Of a DNA stretch of 64,000 nt, positions 34,685-45,757 are shown piece after piece. Position 1 is the first letter of the stretch; the number at the start of each line of letters is the position of its first letter. The translations under genes were made by a program, and so were the position numbers. The stretch covers positions 288,001-352,000 of the forward strand of contig CAWFDF010000003.1 in assembly GCA_963814585.1 (NCBI GenBank), read 5' to 3'. The notes beneath the pieces were generated by a model, which was given only the letters and a program-made list of their open reading frames with translations, did no database searches and was not told where the DNA came from. Source of the DNA: an uncultured delta proteobacterium (GTDB lineage Bacteria > Myxococcota > Myxococcia > Myxococcales > Anaeromyxobacteraceae).

Positions 34685-34699
34685 CCCCCCCCCCCCCCC
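34685..34699. repeat. Poly-C tract (C15)
   Basis: 15 consecutive C residues in an intergenic region. Confidence 0.85.
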
Positions 34700-34800
34700 G
34701 CGATGGGTAGGCGTCCATCGAGGGGCGATCCCAGGGCGGGCGTCGGGCGTGTCACAGTCCGGACCCCCGGTGGCTCTCAACAACAGCCAGCGGGGGTCTC

Positions 34801-34992
34801 ATGATCGCCATCCACACGTCCGACTGGAGATGGCCGCCGTGGCGCTTCCTCAAGTCACTGCTGGCGATCCTGGTGAGCCTGCTCCTCCTCGCCGGTGCCG
34901 ACATCGAGACCGGGCAGTGCCTGGTGCCAACTGGTCAAGTCCTCAATGGCCGGCTGGCTAGCGTGGGGTCACCACCTGGGGGACGGGCGTGA
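34801..34992 (+). CDS. Possible small membrane peptide or gene remnant
   Basis: 63-aa ORF with one hydrophobic stretch; its stop overlaps the GTG of the sigma fragment. Confidence 0.25.
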   Translation: MIAIHTSDWRWPPWRFLKSLLAILVSLLLLAGADIETGQCLVPTGQVLNGRLASVGSPPGGRA

Positions 34993-35385
34993 CCACCGCG
35001 AAGGAGAACGCCGCGGCGGGGACAACCTCGAGGTCGAGGCTCGCGTCGCCGAGGCCGTCGCCAGGCGCGACTTCGAGTCGGCGGCCAGGGCCCTCATCGA
35101 GGGCTACGGTCCCCAGGTGCTGGGCTACCTGCGGGTCGTCGTGAAGGACGGCGAGGAGGCCGAGGATGCCTTCTCCCTCTTCGCCGAGAACGTCTGGCGC
35201 GGCCTCCCGACCTGGCAGGGGCAGGCCAGTGCCCGGACCTGGGCCTACAGCATGGCCTGGAACGCCGCGGAACGCCTCTTCCTCGACCGCCGGCTGGTCG
35301 ACGAGGGGCCACCCCATGGGGGACGGGCGTGACCACCGTGAAGGAGAGCGCCGCGGCGGGGAAGAACCTCGAGGTCGGGGCCCGC
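34949..35385 (+). repeat. ~96-bp imperfect direct repeat, 340-bp period (34949-35044 and 35289-35385)
   Basis: Core TGGGGGACGGGCGTGACCACCG(C/T)GAAGGAGA(A/G)CGCCGCGGCGGGGA..AACCTCGAGGTCG present twice; about 14 differences by manual alignment. Confidence 0.9.
34989..35288 (+). pseudogene. Truncated ECF sigma factor (region 2 only)
   Basis: LIEGYGPQVLGYL..EAEDAFSLFAENVWRGL..ASARTWAYSMAWNAA; no region 4; 1-nt deletion near the start relative to the second repeat copy. Confidence 0.75.
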
Positions 35386-35593
35386 TCTCGGGCCTCCGCC
35401 GGGTGCTGCGCTTGCCTCCCCATGGCCCCATCCTCTCGAGCACTGGACCCTCCGGGAAGCCCGGGGCGGTTCACCCCCATCTCCGCCCGTCCATCGAGGA
35501 GGCGCTTGCCCCAACGCCCGCCGCGCTGCCACGCTGAAGCGCCGCCTGGCGCTCCTCGAGGCGTCCGTGGTGGAGCCGATCAGGCGCCGAGCG

Positions 35594-36037
35594 CTACGGC
35601 CCGGCAAACCTCTTGCCGAAGGTGAAGGTCTTGCGCTTCGGCTCCCAGAGCCAGGCCCACCAGAAGTCACGCTTCACGTCGCCCATGAAGCAGCGGAAGT
35701 CGACGTGGCCGTCCCCGTCCAGGTCCCTGAACTGCCAGCGCGAGGCCTTCTCCATGTCATCGACGCCCGACTCGAGCCGGTTCTCGCCGTGGCCACCGAA
35801 GATCTTCCCGGTGGCGTTGTCGGTGATCACGTAGTCGTAGACGTAGAGCCGCCGGGCCTGGGCGCCGGTCCCGGTGACGCGGGTCTCCTTCAGCTTGACC
35901 TGGACGCTGAAGCCCGGACCGGGGACGAGCTGATAGCCCTCGCTGGCCCGCCGCTCCCGGGTGGTGGTCCTGGGGGGACCGGCGGCGGCAGCGGCGGCGG
36001 TGAGCAGGAGGGCGGCGAGGAGCAGTCGTCGGGGCAC
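35594..36037 (-). CDS. Exported hypothetical protein with a DxDGDG calcium-binding-type motif
   Basis: Signal-like PRRLLLAALLLTAAAAAA; FRDLDGDGHVDF; GC3 bias. Confidence 0.65.
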   Translation of the reverse strand: MPRRLLLAALLLTAAAAAAGPPRTTTRERRASEGYQLVPGPGFSVQVKLKETRVTGTGAQARRLYVYDYVITDNATGKIFGGHGENRLESGVDDMEKASRWQFRDLDGDGHVDFRCFMGDVKRDFWWAWLWEPKRKTFTFGKRFAGP

Positions 36038-36279
36038 TGGCGTCTCCGGGGACCAGGGGCCTGCCCATTCAACCACGAACCCGATGCCGGCCGGCACCTG
36101 TCACGAGCGGCCCGGACCGGCCGCGCCCCCGCGAGGGTGGAGCGACGTGGTGGTGACTGCCCCGGCCGGGCCGGGGGCCGCTGGGTCGCCGCCGGGAAGG
36201 GCCGGGCCCGGTGGGCTGTTCACCGGGACGGGCGGCGGCTATCTTCGCCCGTTCCTGGACGACCACGCGTGGAGGGTGC

Positions 36280-37273
<994 letters not shown>

Positions 37274-37316
37274 GCGGCGGCGTGGCACGCCGCCGCCCTC
37301 GCCGTCCGCCGCACCG

Positions 37317-38207
37317 ATGAACACCCGCGAGCTCATCCAGCGCATCCGGCGCATCGAGATCACCACCCGCCGCGCCGTCGAGGACTCGCTCGGCGGCCAG
37401 TACCACTCGGTCTTCAAGGGGCGCGGGATGGACTTCCACGAGGTGCGCGCCTACGCGCCCGGCGACGAGGTCCGCACCATCGACTGGAACGTCACGGCCC
37501 GCACCGGCCAGCTCCACGTGAAGCGGTTCGTCGAGGAGCGCGAGCTGACGGTGATGGTGCTCTGCGATCTCTCGGCCTCCACCGACTTCGGCTCGGGGGC
37601 GCGGACCAAGGCCGAGGTGGCGGCCGAGATCGCCGCGCTGCTGGCCTTCTCGGCGGTGCAGAACGACGACCGGGTGGGCCTGTGCCTCTTCACCGACGAG
37701 GTGGAGAAGTTCGTGCCGCCGCGCAAGGGGCGGCGCCACGCCCTGCGGCTGGTCTCCGAGATCCTCCGGTTCCAGCCTCGCAGCCGCCGCACCGACCTCG
37801 GCGCGGCCCTCGACCCAGCTGCGGCGGACCATGCGGAGGCGCTGCGTGGCCTTCGTCCTCTCCGACTTCCTCGACGACGAGGCCCGCTTCGAGCGGCCGC
37901 TGCGCGTCGCCGCCGCGCAAGCACGACCTGGTGCCGGTCCGGATCGAGGACCGGCTGGAGCGGGCGCTGCCGCCGGCCGGGCTGGCGCTGCTCGAGGATC
38001 CCGAGACCGGCGCCACGCTGCGGGTCGACCTCTCCGACCGGCGCGTGCGCGACGCGGCTCTCCACCCAGGCCGACGCCGCCGAGCGGCGGCTCACCCGGC
38101 TCTTCTCCCGGCTCGACCTCGACCATGCCCGGGTCCAGGCCGACGACGCCGACTACGTCGGGCCGCTGCTGGCCTTCTTCCAGGCCCGGGCGCGGAGGCA
38201 CGGATGA
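37317..38207 (+). CDS. DUF58 family protein (frameshifts)
   Basis: YHSVFKGRGMDFHEVRAY.PGD..R.IDWNVTAR, VEEREL, DLSAS, SDFLD. Confidence 0.88.
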   Translation: MNTRELIQRIRRIEITTRRAVEDSLGGQYHSVFKGRGMDFHEVRAYAPGDEVRTIDWNVTARTGQLHVKRFVEERELTVMVLCDLSASTDFGSGARTKAEVAAEIAALLAFSAVQNDDRVGLCLFTDEVEKFVPPRKGRRHALRLVSEILRFQPRSRRTDLGAALDPAAADHAEALRGLRPLRLPRRRGPLRAAAARRRRASTTWCRSGSRTGWSGRCRRPGWRCSRIPRPAPRCGSTSPTGACATRLSTQADAAERRLTRLFSRLDLDHARVQADDADYVGPLLAFFQARARRHG

Positions 38208-39198
38208 GCGCCGCCGGCCTGGCCCTGGCGCTCGGCCTGGTGGCGGCCCCACCGGCTCCGAGCACGCCGGCGCCAGCCGCGCCGGAGCAGGCGGCGCCGC
38301 GTGAGGTCCACTCCCGCACCTCGGCCCCCTCCGCCAGGCTGGGCGAGCCGTTCGAGTGGGCGTGGAGATCAGGCACGCGCCGGCCGAGCGCTACCAGTTC
38401 GGGGCGCCGCTGCCCGAGGGGCCGTACCGGGCCGAGCCGCTCGGCTGCCAGCGGCGTCGAGGCGTCCGGAGAGGCCACCACCACCTGCCGGCTGCGCCTG
38501 GCCCTGCTCGCGCTCGGCCCGGTCGACCTGCCGCCGCTCCGGCTCACCGCGATCACGCCCGGAGGCCCGCGGGTGCTCGACGTGCCCGGGCCCCGCCTCA
38601 CCGGGAACGGCGTCATCGACCCCGGCGTGCCGGCCGACCAGCTGCAGCTCAGGCCGCTGGCCCCGCCGGTGCCGCTGCTGGTGCCGAGCTGGCGGCTGGC
38701 CTGGTGGGCCCTGGGCGCGCTGGGCCTGGCGCTGCTCGGCTGGCGGCTGTGGCGATGGTGGAAGGCGCGGCGCCGCGCCGGCGAGGCGCCCGCCGCCGCC
38801 CATCCCTCCGGAGCTTCGCTTCGCCGCCCGGCTCGACGCGCTCGAGGCGGAGCGGCTCGGCGAGCAGGGGCGCGGGCGGGAGCACTGGTTCCGGCTCTCG
38901 GAGGCGGTGCGCGACTACCTCGGCGCCGTCACCGGCCTGAACGCGCTCGACCTCACCACCGCTGGAGCTGCTGGAGGCGCTGGCCCGGCAGCCTGATCCG
39001 CGCCTGCCGCTCGAGCCGGTGCGCCACTTCTCCGAGATCGCCGATCTCGTCAAGTTCGCCCGGCTCGCCGCCGACGGCCGCTCCTGCGCCGAGGGCATCG
39101 CCTTCGGGCGGGAGCTGCTGGCGCGCACCCGGCCGCCGCCGGAGGCGCCGCCGCCCGCGTCCCCTCCCGCCCCGCCCGGCGCCGGAGCCGCCTCGTGA
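38204..39198 (+). CDS. Membrane protein of the MoxR/Bat cluster (frameshifts)
   Basis: ATGA overlap; signal peptide, central TM, LSEAVRDYL..ALDLTT.EL, ADLVKFA across frames. Confidence 0.7.
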
Positions 39199-40209
39199 CC
39201 GGCGACGCGCTCCAGTGGGCCCGGCCCTGGGCCCTGCTCCTCCTGCTCGCCATCCCGCTGGCGGTGCTGGCGCTCCGGCTCGACCTGCAGGCGCTCCCCT
39301 CGCCTCCTCCACCCCCGCCTCGCCGCCATCGCCGCCGGCCCGCGCGGCTGGGTGGCACGGGCCTGGTGGCTGCCGCAGGCGCTGCTGGTGACGGCCCTGG
39401 CGCTGGTGGCCGTCGGGCTGGCCCGGCCGCAGGCCGACCGCCGCGAGCCGGAGCGGCGCAGCATCGAGGGAATCGACATCGTCATCGCCCTCGACCTCTC
39501 CACCTCCATGCTGGCGGCCGACTTCAAGCCGGAGAGCCGCGTCCACGTCGCCAAGGAGGTCCTCAAGGACTTCATCGGCCGGCGGCGGACCGATCGGATC
39601 GGCCTGGTGGTCTTCGCCGGCGAGGCCTACACCCAGGCGCCGCTGACCCTCGACCAGGGGCTGCTCCGCTCGCTGGTGGACCGGCTCAAGATCGGCGTCA
39701 TCGAGGACGGCACCGCCATCGGCAACGCGCTGGCCACCGCGGTGAACCGGCTGCGCGAGTCGGACGCCAGGAGCAAGGTCGTCATCCTCATCACCGACGG
39801 TGACAACAACCGCGGCCAGATCTCGCCGCTGGAGGCGGCCCGGCTCGCCGCCGCCATGGGCGTCCGCGTCTTCCCCATCCTGGTCGGGAAGGGCGGCGTG
39901 GTGCCCTACCCCGACGGCGTGGACCTGCTGGGACGCCCCAGCTACCGCCAGGTCCAGCTCGACGTGAACCCCGAGCTGCTGCGGGAGATCGCCGCCACCA
40001 CCGGCGGCGCCTTCGCCAACGCCACCGACCGGGCCGAGCTGGAGGGCGGGCTGCAGGCGGTGCTCGACCGGATGGAGAAGACCCGGATCATCGAGACCAC
40101 CGGGGGCAGCCAGGTGGCCGAGCTCTTCCCGCGCCTGCTCGGTCCGGCCTTCGCGCTGGTGGCGCTGGGCCTGCTGCTGGGCCTGACGCGGTGGAGGGCC
40201 TTCCCGTGA
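39195..40209 (+). CDS. BatA-like vWA domain protein (frameshift near 39290)
   Basis: GLARPQ, GIDIVIALDLSTSM, DRIGLVVF, GTAIGNALA, ILITDGDNN. Confidence 0.88.
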
Positions 40210-41288
40210 CGCCGGCGTCCCCGCTGACCTTCCAGGTGCTGGGGGCCCCGGCGCGGCTGCTCGCGCCGGCCGCGCTCTGGCTGCTGCTGCTCGTCGCCGC
40301 GCTGGCCGCCCTGGCGGCCTGGCGGCTCCTCGACCGCCGCGCCCTGCTGCGCCGCACCGCCGGGGCGCAGGCCGCCCGCCTGGCGCCGCGCGCCGGCCTG
40401 GTCCGGCCAGCCGGCCGGGTCTCGCTCTGGCTCGCCGGCCTGCTGCTCCTGGCGGTGGCGCTGTCGCGTCCCCAGTGCGGGACCCGCACCGAGCTCTCCC
40501 GGCGGTACGGCGTGGACCTGGTGGTGCTGCTCGACGTCTCCCGCTCCATGCAGGCCCGCGACGTCCCCCCCGACCGGCTCACCCGCGCCACGCTGGAGGT
40601 GGGGAGCCTGCTCGAGAAGCTCGCAGGCGATCGGGTCGGCGTGGTGGTGTTCGCCTCCGAGGCGTTCGTGCAGTGCCCGCTCACCACCGACTACCAGGCG
40701 GCCCGCCTCTTCCTCCGCTCGGTGGGGCCGGGGAGCGTGCCGCAGCAGGGCTCCGACCTGGGCCGCGCGCTGCGGGCGGCGCGGGAGGTGCTGGAGCAGG
40801 GGGAGAGCTCGAAGGGACGAGGCCAGGTGGTGCTGCTGGTGAGCGACGGCGAGGACCTCGAGGGGGAGGCCGGCGAGGCGGCCCGTGCCCTGGGCGAGGC
40901 CGGCATCCGCCTGCACGCGCTGGCGGTGGGGACCACGGCCGGGGAGCCCATCCCGCTGCTCGACTCCAGCGGCCACGTCACCGGCTACCGCAAGGACCCG
41001 GCGGGGCGGCCGGTGGTGACCCGGCTCGACCTGCCCACCCTCCGCGAGATCACCTCGCGCGGCGGCGGCGAGGTCTTCGAGCTCGGCTCGCCCGACCACG
41101 GCCTGGACGCCTTCCGGGCGGCGCTGGACGGGCTGGCGAAGAGCGAGCTGGAGAGCCGGCTCACCGTCCAGTTCGAGGATCGCTACGCGCTGGCGGCCTT
41201 CCCCGCCTTCCTGCTGCTGCTGGCCGGGCTGCTGCTGGGCGACGCCGGCCCGCGCCAGGCCGCGGCGGGCGAGGAGGGCGCGCCGTGA
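40206..41288 (+). CDS. BatB-like vWA domain protein
   Basis: ALSRPQ, LLDVSRSM.ARDV.PDRL, CPLTTDY, VSDGED. Confidence 0.88.
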   Translation: MTPASPLTFQVLGAPARLLAPAALWLLLLVAALAALAAWRLLDRRALLRRTAGAQAARLAPRAGLVRPAGRVSLWLAGLLLLAVALSRPQCGTRTELSRRYGVDLVVLLDVSRSMQARDVPPDRLTRATLEVGSLLEKLAGDRVGVVVFASEAFVQCPLTTDYQAARLFLRSVGPGSVPQQGSDLGRALRAAREVLEQGESSKGRGQVVLLVSDGEDLEGEAGEAARALGEAGIRLHALAVGTTAGEPIPLLDSSGHVTGYRKDPAGRPVVTRLDLPTLREITSRGGGEVFELGSPDHGLDAFRAALDGLAKSELESRLTVQFEDRYALAAFPAFLLLLAGLLLGDAGPRQAAAGEEGAP

Positions 41289-42079
41289 CCATCGCCCTCC
41301 CGCTGGCGGCGCTCCTGCTGGCCGCCTCCCCCTTCGAGGCAGAGCATCCCGAGGTGCGCGCCGGCAACCAGGCGCTCCAGGCCGGCGACCCGGCGGCGGC
41401 GCTCCCGCGCTACGACGCCGCCGAGCGCGAGGCCGGGTCTCGCCCGGAGATCGACTTCGACCGCGGCAACGCGCTCCACGAGGCGGGGCGAGCCGAGGAG
41501 GCCAGGGCGGCCTGGAGGCGGGCGGCCGAGCGGGCCCCGGCGCCGCTCGCCAGCCGCGCGCTCCAGAACACCGCCAGCGCGCTCGACGCCGCCGGAGACG
41601 GGGCCGGTGCGATCCGCGCCCTGGCCGAGGCGCTGCAGCGAGACCCCGCCAACGAGGACGCACGCTATAACCTCGAGGTGCTCCTGCGCCGCCAGGCGGA
41701 GGGGAAGGGCGCGCCCAGGGAGCAGGGCGAGCAGGGAACGAAGCGGGACGACGGGGCGCCGCAGGCGGGGGCGGGAGGGAAGCAGGACCAGCAGGAGGCC
41801 GGGTCGAAGGGCGACCGCCCCGAGCCGCGAGAGGGCGAGCCGAAGCAGGACGGCCAGCAGCAGGACCGGCCACAGGAGCAGCCACGGCGTGACGCGGGGA
41901 CGGGACGAGCGGGTGACGACCGGGGCCAGGATCGCGACGGCGCGGCCGGGAAGCCCGATCCGGTCGGGAAGCGGGACGCCGAGCGGCTGCTCGACGCGCT
42001 CCGCTCGCGGGAGCGTGCCATGCCGCTCGGGCCGGCCGGGAAGCCGCCGCCGCGGAAGGAGGGCGCCCGTGACTGGTAG
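41285..42079 (+). CDS. BatC-like TPR protein
   Basis: TPRs, DARYNLE, Q/E/G-rich linker, AERLLDAL, terminal DW. Confidence 0.85.
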   Translation: MTIALPLAALLLAASPFEAEHPEVRAGNQALQAGDPAAALPRYDAAEREAGSRPEIDFDRGNALHEAGRAEEARAAWRRAAERAPAPLASRALQNTASALDAAGDGAGAIRALAEALQRDPANEDARYNLEVLLRRQAEGKGAPREQGEQGTKRDDGAPQAGAGGKQDQQEAGSKGDRPEPREGEPKQDGQQQDRPQEQPRRDAGTGRAGDDRGQDRDGAAGKPDPVGKRDAERLLDALRSRERAMPLGPAGKPPPRKEGARDW

Positions 42080-43916
42080 GGCGAGCCTGCTGGCCGCGGC
42101 GCTGCTCCTGCTCCCGGCCGCCGCCGGGGCGGCCGGCATGGCCATCTCGGCGTCGCTCGACCGCGACGAGGTCGCTCTCGACGGGCTGGTGACGCTGGAG
42201 GTCCGGATCGAGGCGGGCGAGGCGCCGACCCTGTCGCTCCCCTCGCAGGGCTTCGAGTTCGACGTGGTCTCGCGCGGCAGCTCGAGGAGCACCTCCATCA
42301 ACATGGGCGGGGGAGCCGGGATGAAGGTCCAGCACACCTTCGTCTTCCAGTTCGGGCTGCGGCCGCGGCGCGCCGGCGACCTCTCCATCCCTCCGGTGGA
42401 GGTGGTGGCGGGCGAGGCCCGCGGCGAGACCCAGCCGCTCTCGGTGAAGGTGCTCCCGGCCGGCGCGCCGTCCACCCGGCCCGGCCGGCCGGGTCCGCCC
42501 GTGCCCGGCTTCCCGTCGTTCCCGGGCGGGCCGGGCGGCGCGCCCGGAGGCGGCTCCAGCCGGGCCTGGAGCGGCTGGGAGCGCGACCTGCAGCTCAGCG
42601 TGGAGGTCGACAAGACCGAGGTCTTCCTCGGGGAGCAGGTGACCGCCTCGGTCTGGGTGCTCTCTCCGGTCGGCGTGGCCGAGACCGGGAACTTCAAGCC
42701 GCCGGCCTACGACGGCTTCTGGACCGAGCAGCTCGAGCTGCCCCGGGAGCCCACCCAGCAGATCCGCCGGAAGGACGGCGTGCCGCTGCGCGCTTACCTG
42801 CTGCAGCGGATCGCGCTCTTCCCGACCCGCTCCGGCCAGCTCGAGCTGGGGGCGCACGCCATCGACCTGCTGGTCCGGGTGTCGTCGTCCGACGCCTTCT
42901 ACCCCTTCGGCGACGTGCAGCGGGTGTCGCGGCGCAGCCAGCCCGTGCCCATCACGGTGAAGCCGCTCCCGCCCGCCGCGCCGGCCCGCTTCGATCAGGT
43001 CAACGTCGGCACCGCCACCTTGAGCGCCAGCCTCTCGCAGAAGACCACCGCCGTCGGCCAGCCGGTGACGCTCCGGCTGGTCGCCGAGGGCGAGGGGAAC
43101 GTGAAGGCCTGGTCGCTCCCCGTGCCCCCCGCCATCCCCGGGGCCCGGGCCTTCACGCCCACCTCCAGCGACCAGCTCAAGCCGCGCGGCGCGAAGTTCG
43201 CCGGATCTCGCACGGTGGAGTCGGTGCTGGTCCCGGAGGTGCCCGGACCGCTGGTGATCCCGCCGCTCACCTGGGCCGTCTTCGATCCGAAGGTCGGCGC
43301 CTATCGCGAGCTCAGGACGCCGGAGCTGCGGCTCGAGGTGACCGGCGGCGCCCCGGCGGCCAGCTCCACGTCGGCGCCGGCCCAGAACACGCTCTTCCCG
43401 GGCCTCCGCCCCATCCGGCCGGCCGGCCCGCTGGCGCGCGTGTCCGCGCCCGGGACCGACTGGCCGCTCTGGGCCCTGGTGTTCGGCCCGGTGGCCGCCT
43501 TCCTGGCGCTCAGCGGGGTGGACCGGTTCCGCGAGAGCCGGCTGGCCGACGGCGGGGCGCGGCGGGTCCGGATCGCCGGCCGGGTGGCGCGTCGGAGGCT
43601 GGCCGGGGCGAGCCGGCTGCTCGCCGGCGCCGACGCGGCGCCCTACTTCGCCGAGGTGGAGCGGGCCCTGGTGGGCTACTGCGCCGACAAGCTGGGGCGG
43701 CCTGCCAGCGGGCTGACCCGCGACGAGCTGGCCCTGGCGCTCACCGAGGCCGGCGCCCACGTGGCGGCCCAGCGGGCCCTCGCCGCCGCGCTCGACGCCT
43801 GCGACGCTGGCCGCTTTGGCGGCGCGGTGGCGCGCGAGGAGGTGCTGACGCTGGCGGGCCGGGCCATGGCCGTCCTCGAGGAGGCCCACTGGCGCCCCCC
43901 GGGAGGTGGCCGGTGA
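42069..43916 (+). CDS. BatD family protein
   Basis: Signal peptide, repeated Ig-like modules (VDKTEVFLGEQV, VGQPVTLRL..EGEGN), C-terminal TM. Confidence 0.85.
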   Translation: MTGRASLLAAALLLLPAAAGAAGMAISASLDRDEVALDGLVTLEVRIEAGEAPTLSLPSQGFEFDVVSRGSSRSTSINMGGGAGMKVQHTFVFQFGLRPRRAGDLSIPPVEVVAGEARGETQPLSVKVLPAGAPSTRPGRPGPPVPGFPSFPGGPGGAPGGGSSRAWSGWERDLQLSVEVDKTEVFLGEQVTASVWVLSPVGVAETGNFKPPAYDGFWTEQLELPREPTQQIRRKDGVPLRAYLLQRIALFPTRSGQLELGAHAIDLLVRVSSSDAFYPFGDVQRVSRRSQPVPITVKPLPPAAPARFDQVNVGTATLSASLSQKTTAVGQPVTLRLVAEGEGNVKAWSLPVPPAIPGARAFTPTSSDQLKPRGAKFAGSRTVESVLVPEVPGPLVIPPLTWAVFDPKVGAYRELRTPELRLEVTGGAPAASSTSAPAQNTLFPGLRPIRPAGPLARVSAPGTDWPLWALVFGPVAAFLALSGVDRFRESRLADGGARRVRIAGRVARRRLAGASRLLAGADAAPYFAEVERALVGYCADKLGRPASGLTRDELALALTEAGAHVAAQRALAAALDACDAGRFGGAVAREEVLTLAGRAMAVLEEAHWRPPGGGR

Positions 43917-44713
43917 GGGCGCTGCTGATCCTCTGGCTGGCGGCCGCCGCGCCGGGGGCCGCGACCGCCCCGGCCGCGCCACCGGCCGCGCCGGCCCAGC
44001 CGGCCCAGCCGGCCCAGCCGGCCCCGCTCGCCGATCCCGGGGCGCGGGCGGAGCAGGCCGGCGCCCTCTACCTGGCCGGCGACCACGAGGGCGCTGCCCG
44101 GGCCTGGCGGACGCTGGTCGACGAGGGCTGGGAGAGCGTGGGACTCCACTTCGACCTCGGCAACGCGCTCCTGCGACTGGGATTCCGCGGCCGCGCCATC
44201 GCCAGCTACCTGCGGGCGCTCCAGCTCGATCCCGGCGACCCCGACGCGCAGGCCAACCTCGACCTGGCCCGCGCCCAGAACGTCGACCGGCTGGTGGGAG
44301 AGACCCAGCCGCCCCTCCACGCCCGGCTGCTGGCGCGCACGCCGGACGCGGTGGCGCTGGCCCTCTTCGGCGGCTCCTGGGGAGCCTTCTGGCTCCTGCT
44401 CTGGCTGCGCAGCCGCTCCAGCCGGAGCGCGCGCCGCTGGCTCGGCCCGGCGGCGCTGGCGGCGGCGCTGCTGGCGGTCGGCGGCGGGGCGCTGCTGGCC
44501 GGGAAGGCGGCCGACCGGCGAACCCCCACGGCGGTGGTGGTCGCGCCGGTGTCGCCAGTCCGCGAGGGACCGTCGCGGACCCTCAAGGCCGCCTTCGAGC
44601 TGCACGAGGGGACCACCGTCCGCATCCTCGAGGCCCAGGGCGACGTGGCGCGGGTCCGGCTGCTCAACGGCCTGGAGGGCTGGGTGGCCTCGTCGGACCT
44701 GGAGGTCATCTGA
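43913..44713 (+). CDS. BatE-like TPR/SH3 protein
   Basis: FDLGNA..AIASYLRAL.LDP..ANL, two TM segments, FELHEG..GLEGWV. Confidence 0.85.
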   Translation: MRALLILWLAAAAPGAATAPAAPPAAPAQPAQPAQPAPLADPGARAEQAGALYLAGDHEGAARAWRTLVDEGWESVGLHFDLGNALLRLGFRGRAIASYLRALQLDPGDPDAQANLDLARAQNVDRLVGETQPPLHARLLARTPDAVALALFGGSWGAFWLLLWLRSRSSRSARRWLGPAALAAALLAVGGGALLAGKAADRRTPTAVVVAPVSPVREGPSRTLKAAFELHEGTTVRILEAQGDVARVRLLNGLEGWVASSDLEVI

Positions 44714-45222
44714 TGGCCTCCCCGGCCCCGGCCCTCCGGCTCACCGAGGCGGTCGAGGCCGCCGACCTCGACCGGGCCCGCGCCCTGTTCGGCGAGTACC
44801 AGCAGGCCATCGGCGTCGATCTCTGCTTCCAGGGGTTCGAGGCCGAGCTGGCGGCGCTCCCCGGCGCCTACGCCCGGCCCGCGGGGCGGCTCCTGCTGGC
44901 CTGGCGCGGCGAGGACCTGGCCGGCTGCGGCGCCCTCCGGCCGCTCGGCCCGGGGGTGGCCGAGCTGAAGCGGATGTGGACCCGGCCCGAGCACCGCGGC
45001 CATGGCGTGGCGCGGGCGGTGGCCGTGGCGCTGCTCGGCGCCGCGCGGGACCAGGGGTACCGGACCGTCCGCCTCGACACGCTCGACTGGATGAAGGCGG
45101 CCCGCGCCCTCTACGCCTCGCTCGGCTTCGTCGAGATCGGGCCCTACTACGCCAACCCGCTGCCGGGCGTGGTGTACATGGAGCTGGGGATCCAGTTCCG
45201 CGCCCCAGGCAAGATGACGTGA
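44713..45222 (+). CDS. GNAT family N-acetyltransferase
   Basis: DLCFQGFEAELAALPG.Y, AELKRM..RPEHRGHGVA, RLDTL..M..A..LY.SLGF. Confidence 0.92.
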   Translation: MASPAPALRLTEAVEAADLDRARALFGEYQQAIGVDLCFQGFEAELAALPGAYARPAGRLLLAWRGEDLAGCGALRPLGPGVAELKRMWTRPEHRGHGVARAVAVALLGAARDQGYRTVRLDTLDWMKAARALYASLGFVEIGPYYANPLPGVVYMELGIQFRAPGKMT

Positions 45223-45372
45223 CGAGAGAGCCGAGACCGAAGCGAGGCTGGCGCCCGAGGAGGGAGCAGCGGAAGCGTAGCAGCGCTACGCTGAGCAGCG
45301 GACCGACGAGGCCGCCTGCCGCAGCGAGAGGATCGGCTCTCGCAGTAGGCATCCTGCCTGGGGCGCGGCACT
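45194..45372. mobile_element. MITE-like long palindromic element
   Basis: Terminal inverted repeats 45194-45216 / 45350-45372 (21/23), inner IR 45226-45234 / 45333-45341, central hairpin 45274-45292, all centred near 45283. Confidence 0.7.
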
Positions 45373-45757
45373 AATACCCGTTGCAGACGCAGATGTCGTA
45401 GGGACCACCCGCCGTGACGTTGTCGTCGCCGGCGTCGCGCGTCCCGTTCGGACAGCCACAGGGCTTCTTGACGGGTTGCCCGGTGAACTGGATCCCGCCG
45501 CTGGTGGTCCCGCACCTCGAGACCCACGACGTGTCGCAGCCACCCCCGCCTCCGCCGTCGGTCCCGCACGGGTTGCAGGCATCGACGCAGGCACCGGTGC
45601 AGTAGGTGCACATGCCGGCGTGCGGATTGCTGCTGGTGACCCGATCCAGGCTGCAGTAGCCGCACTCGTTGTAGCCGGACTTGGCCGGGCAATCCGGCTT
45701 GCCGCAGGCCGCGAGCGCGGCCACGGCGGCGAGGAGCACGGCGAGCAGGACTCTCAT
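45371..45757 (-). CDS. Small Cys-rich lipoprotein
   Basis: Lipobox LAAC plus 14 further Cys in about 110 aa. Confidence 0.8.
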   Translation of the reverse strand: MRVLLAVLLAAVAALAACGKPDCPAKSGYNECGYCSLDRVTSSNPHAGMCTYCTGACVDACNPCGTDGGGGGGCDTSWVSRCGTTSGGIQFTGQPVKKPCGCPNGTRDAGDDNVTAGGPYDICVCNGY

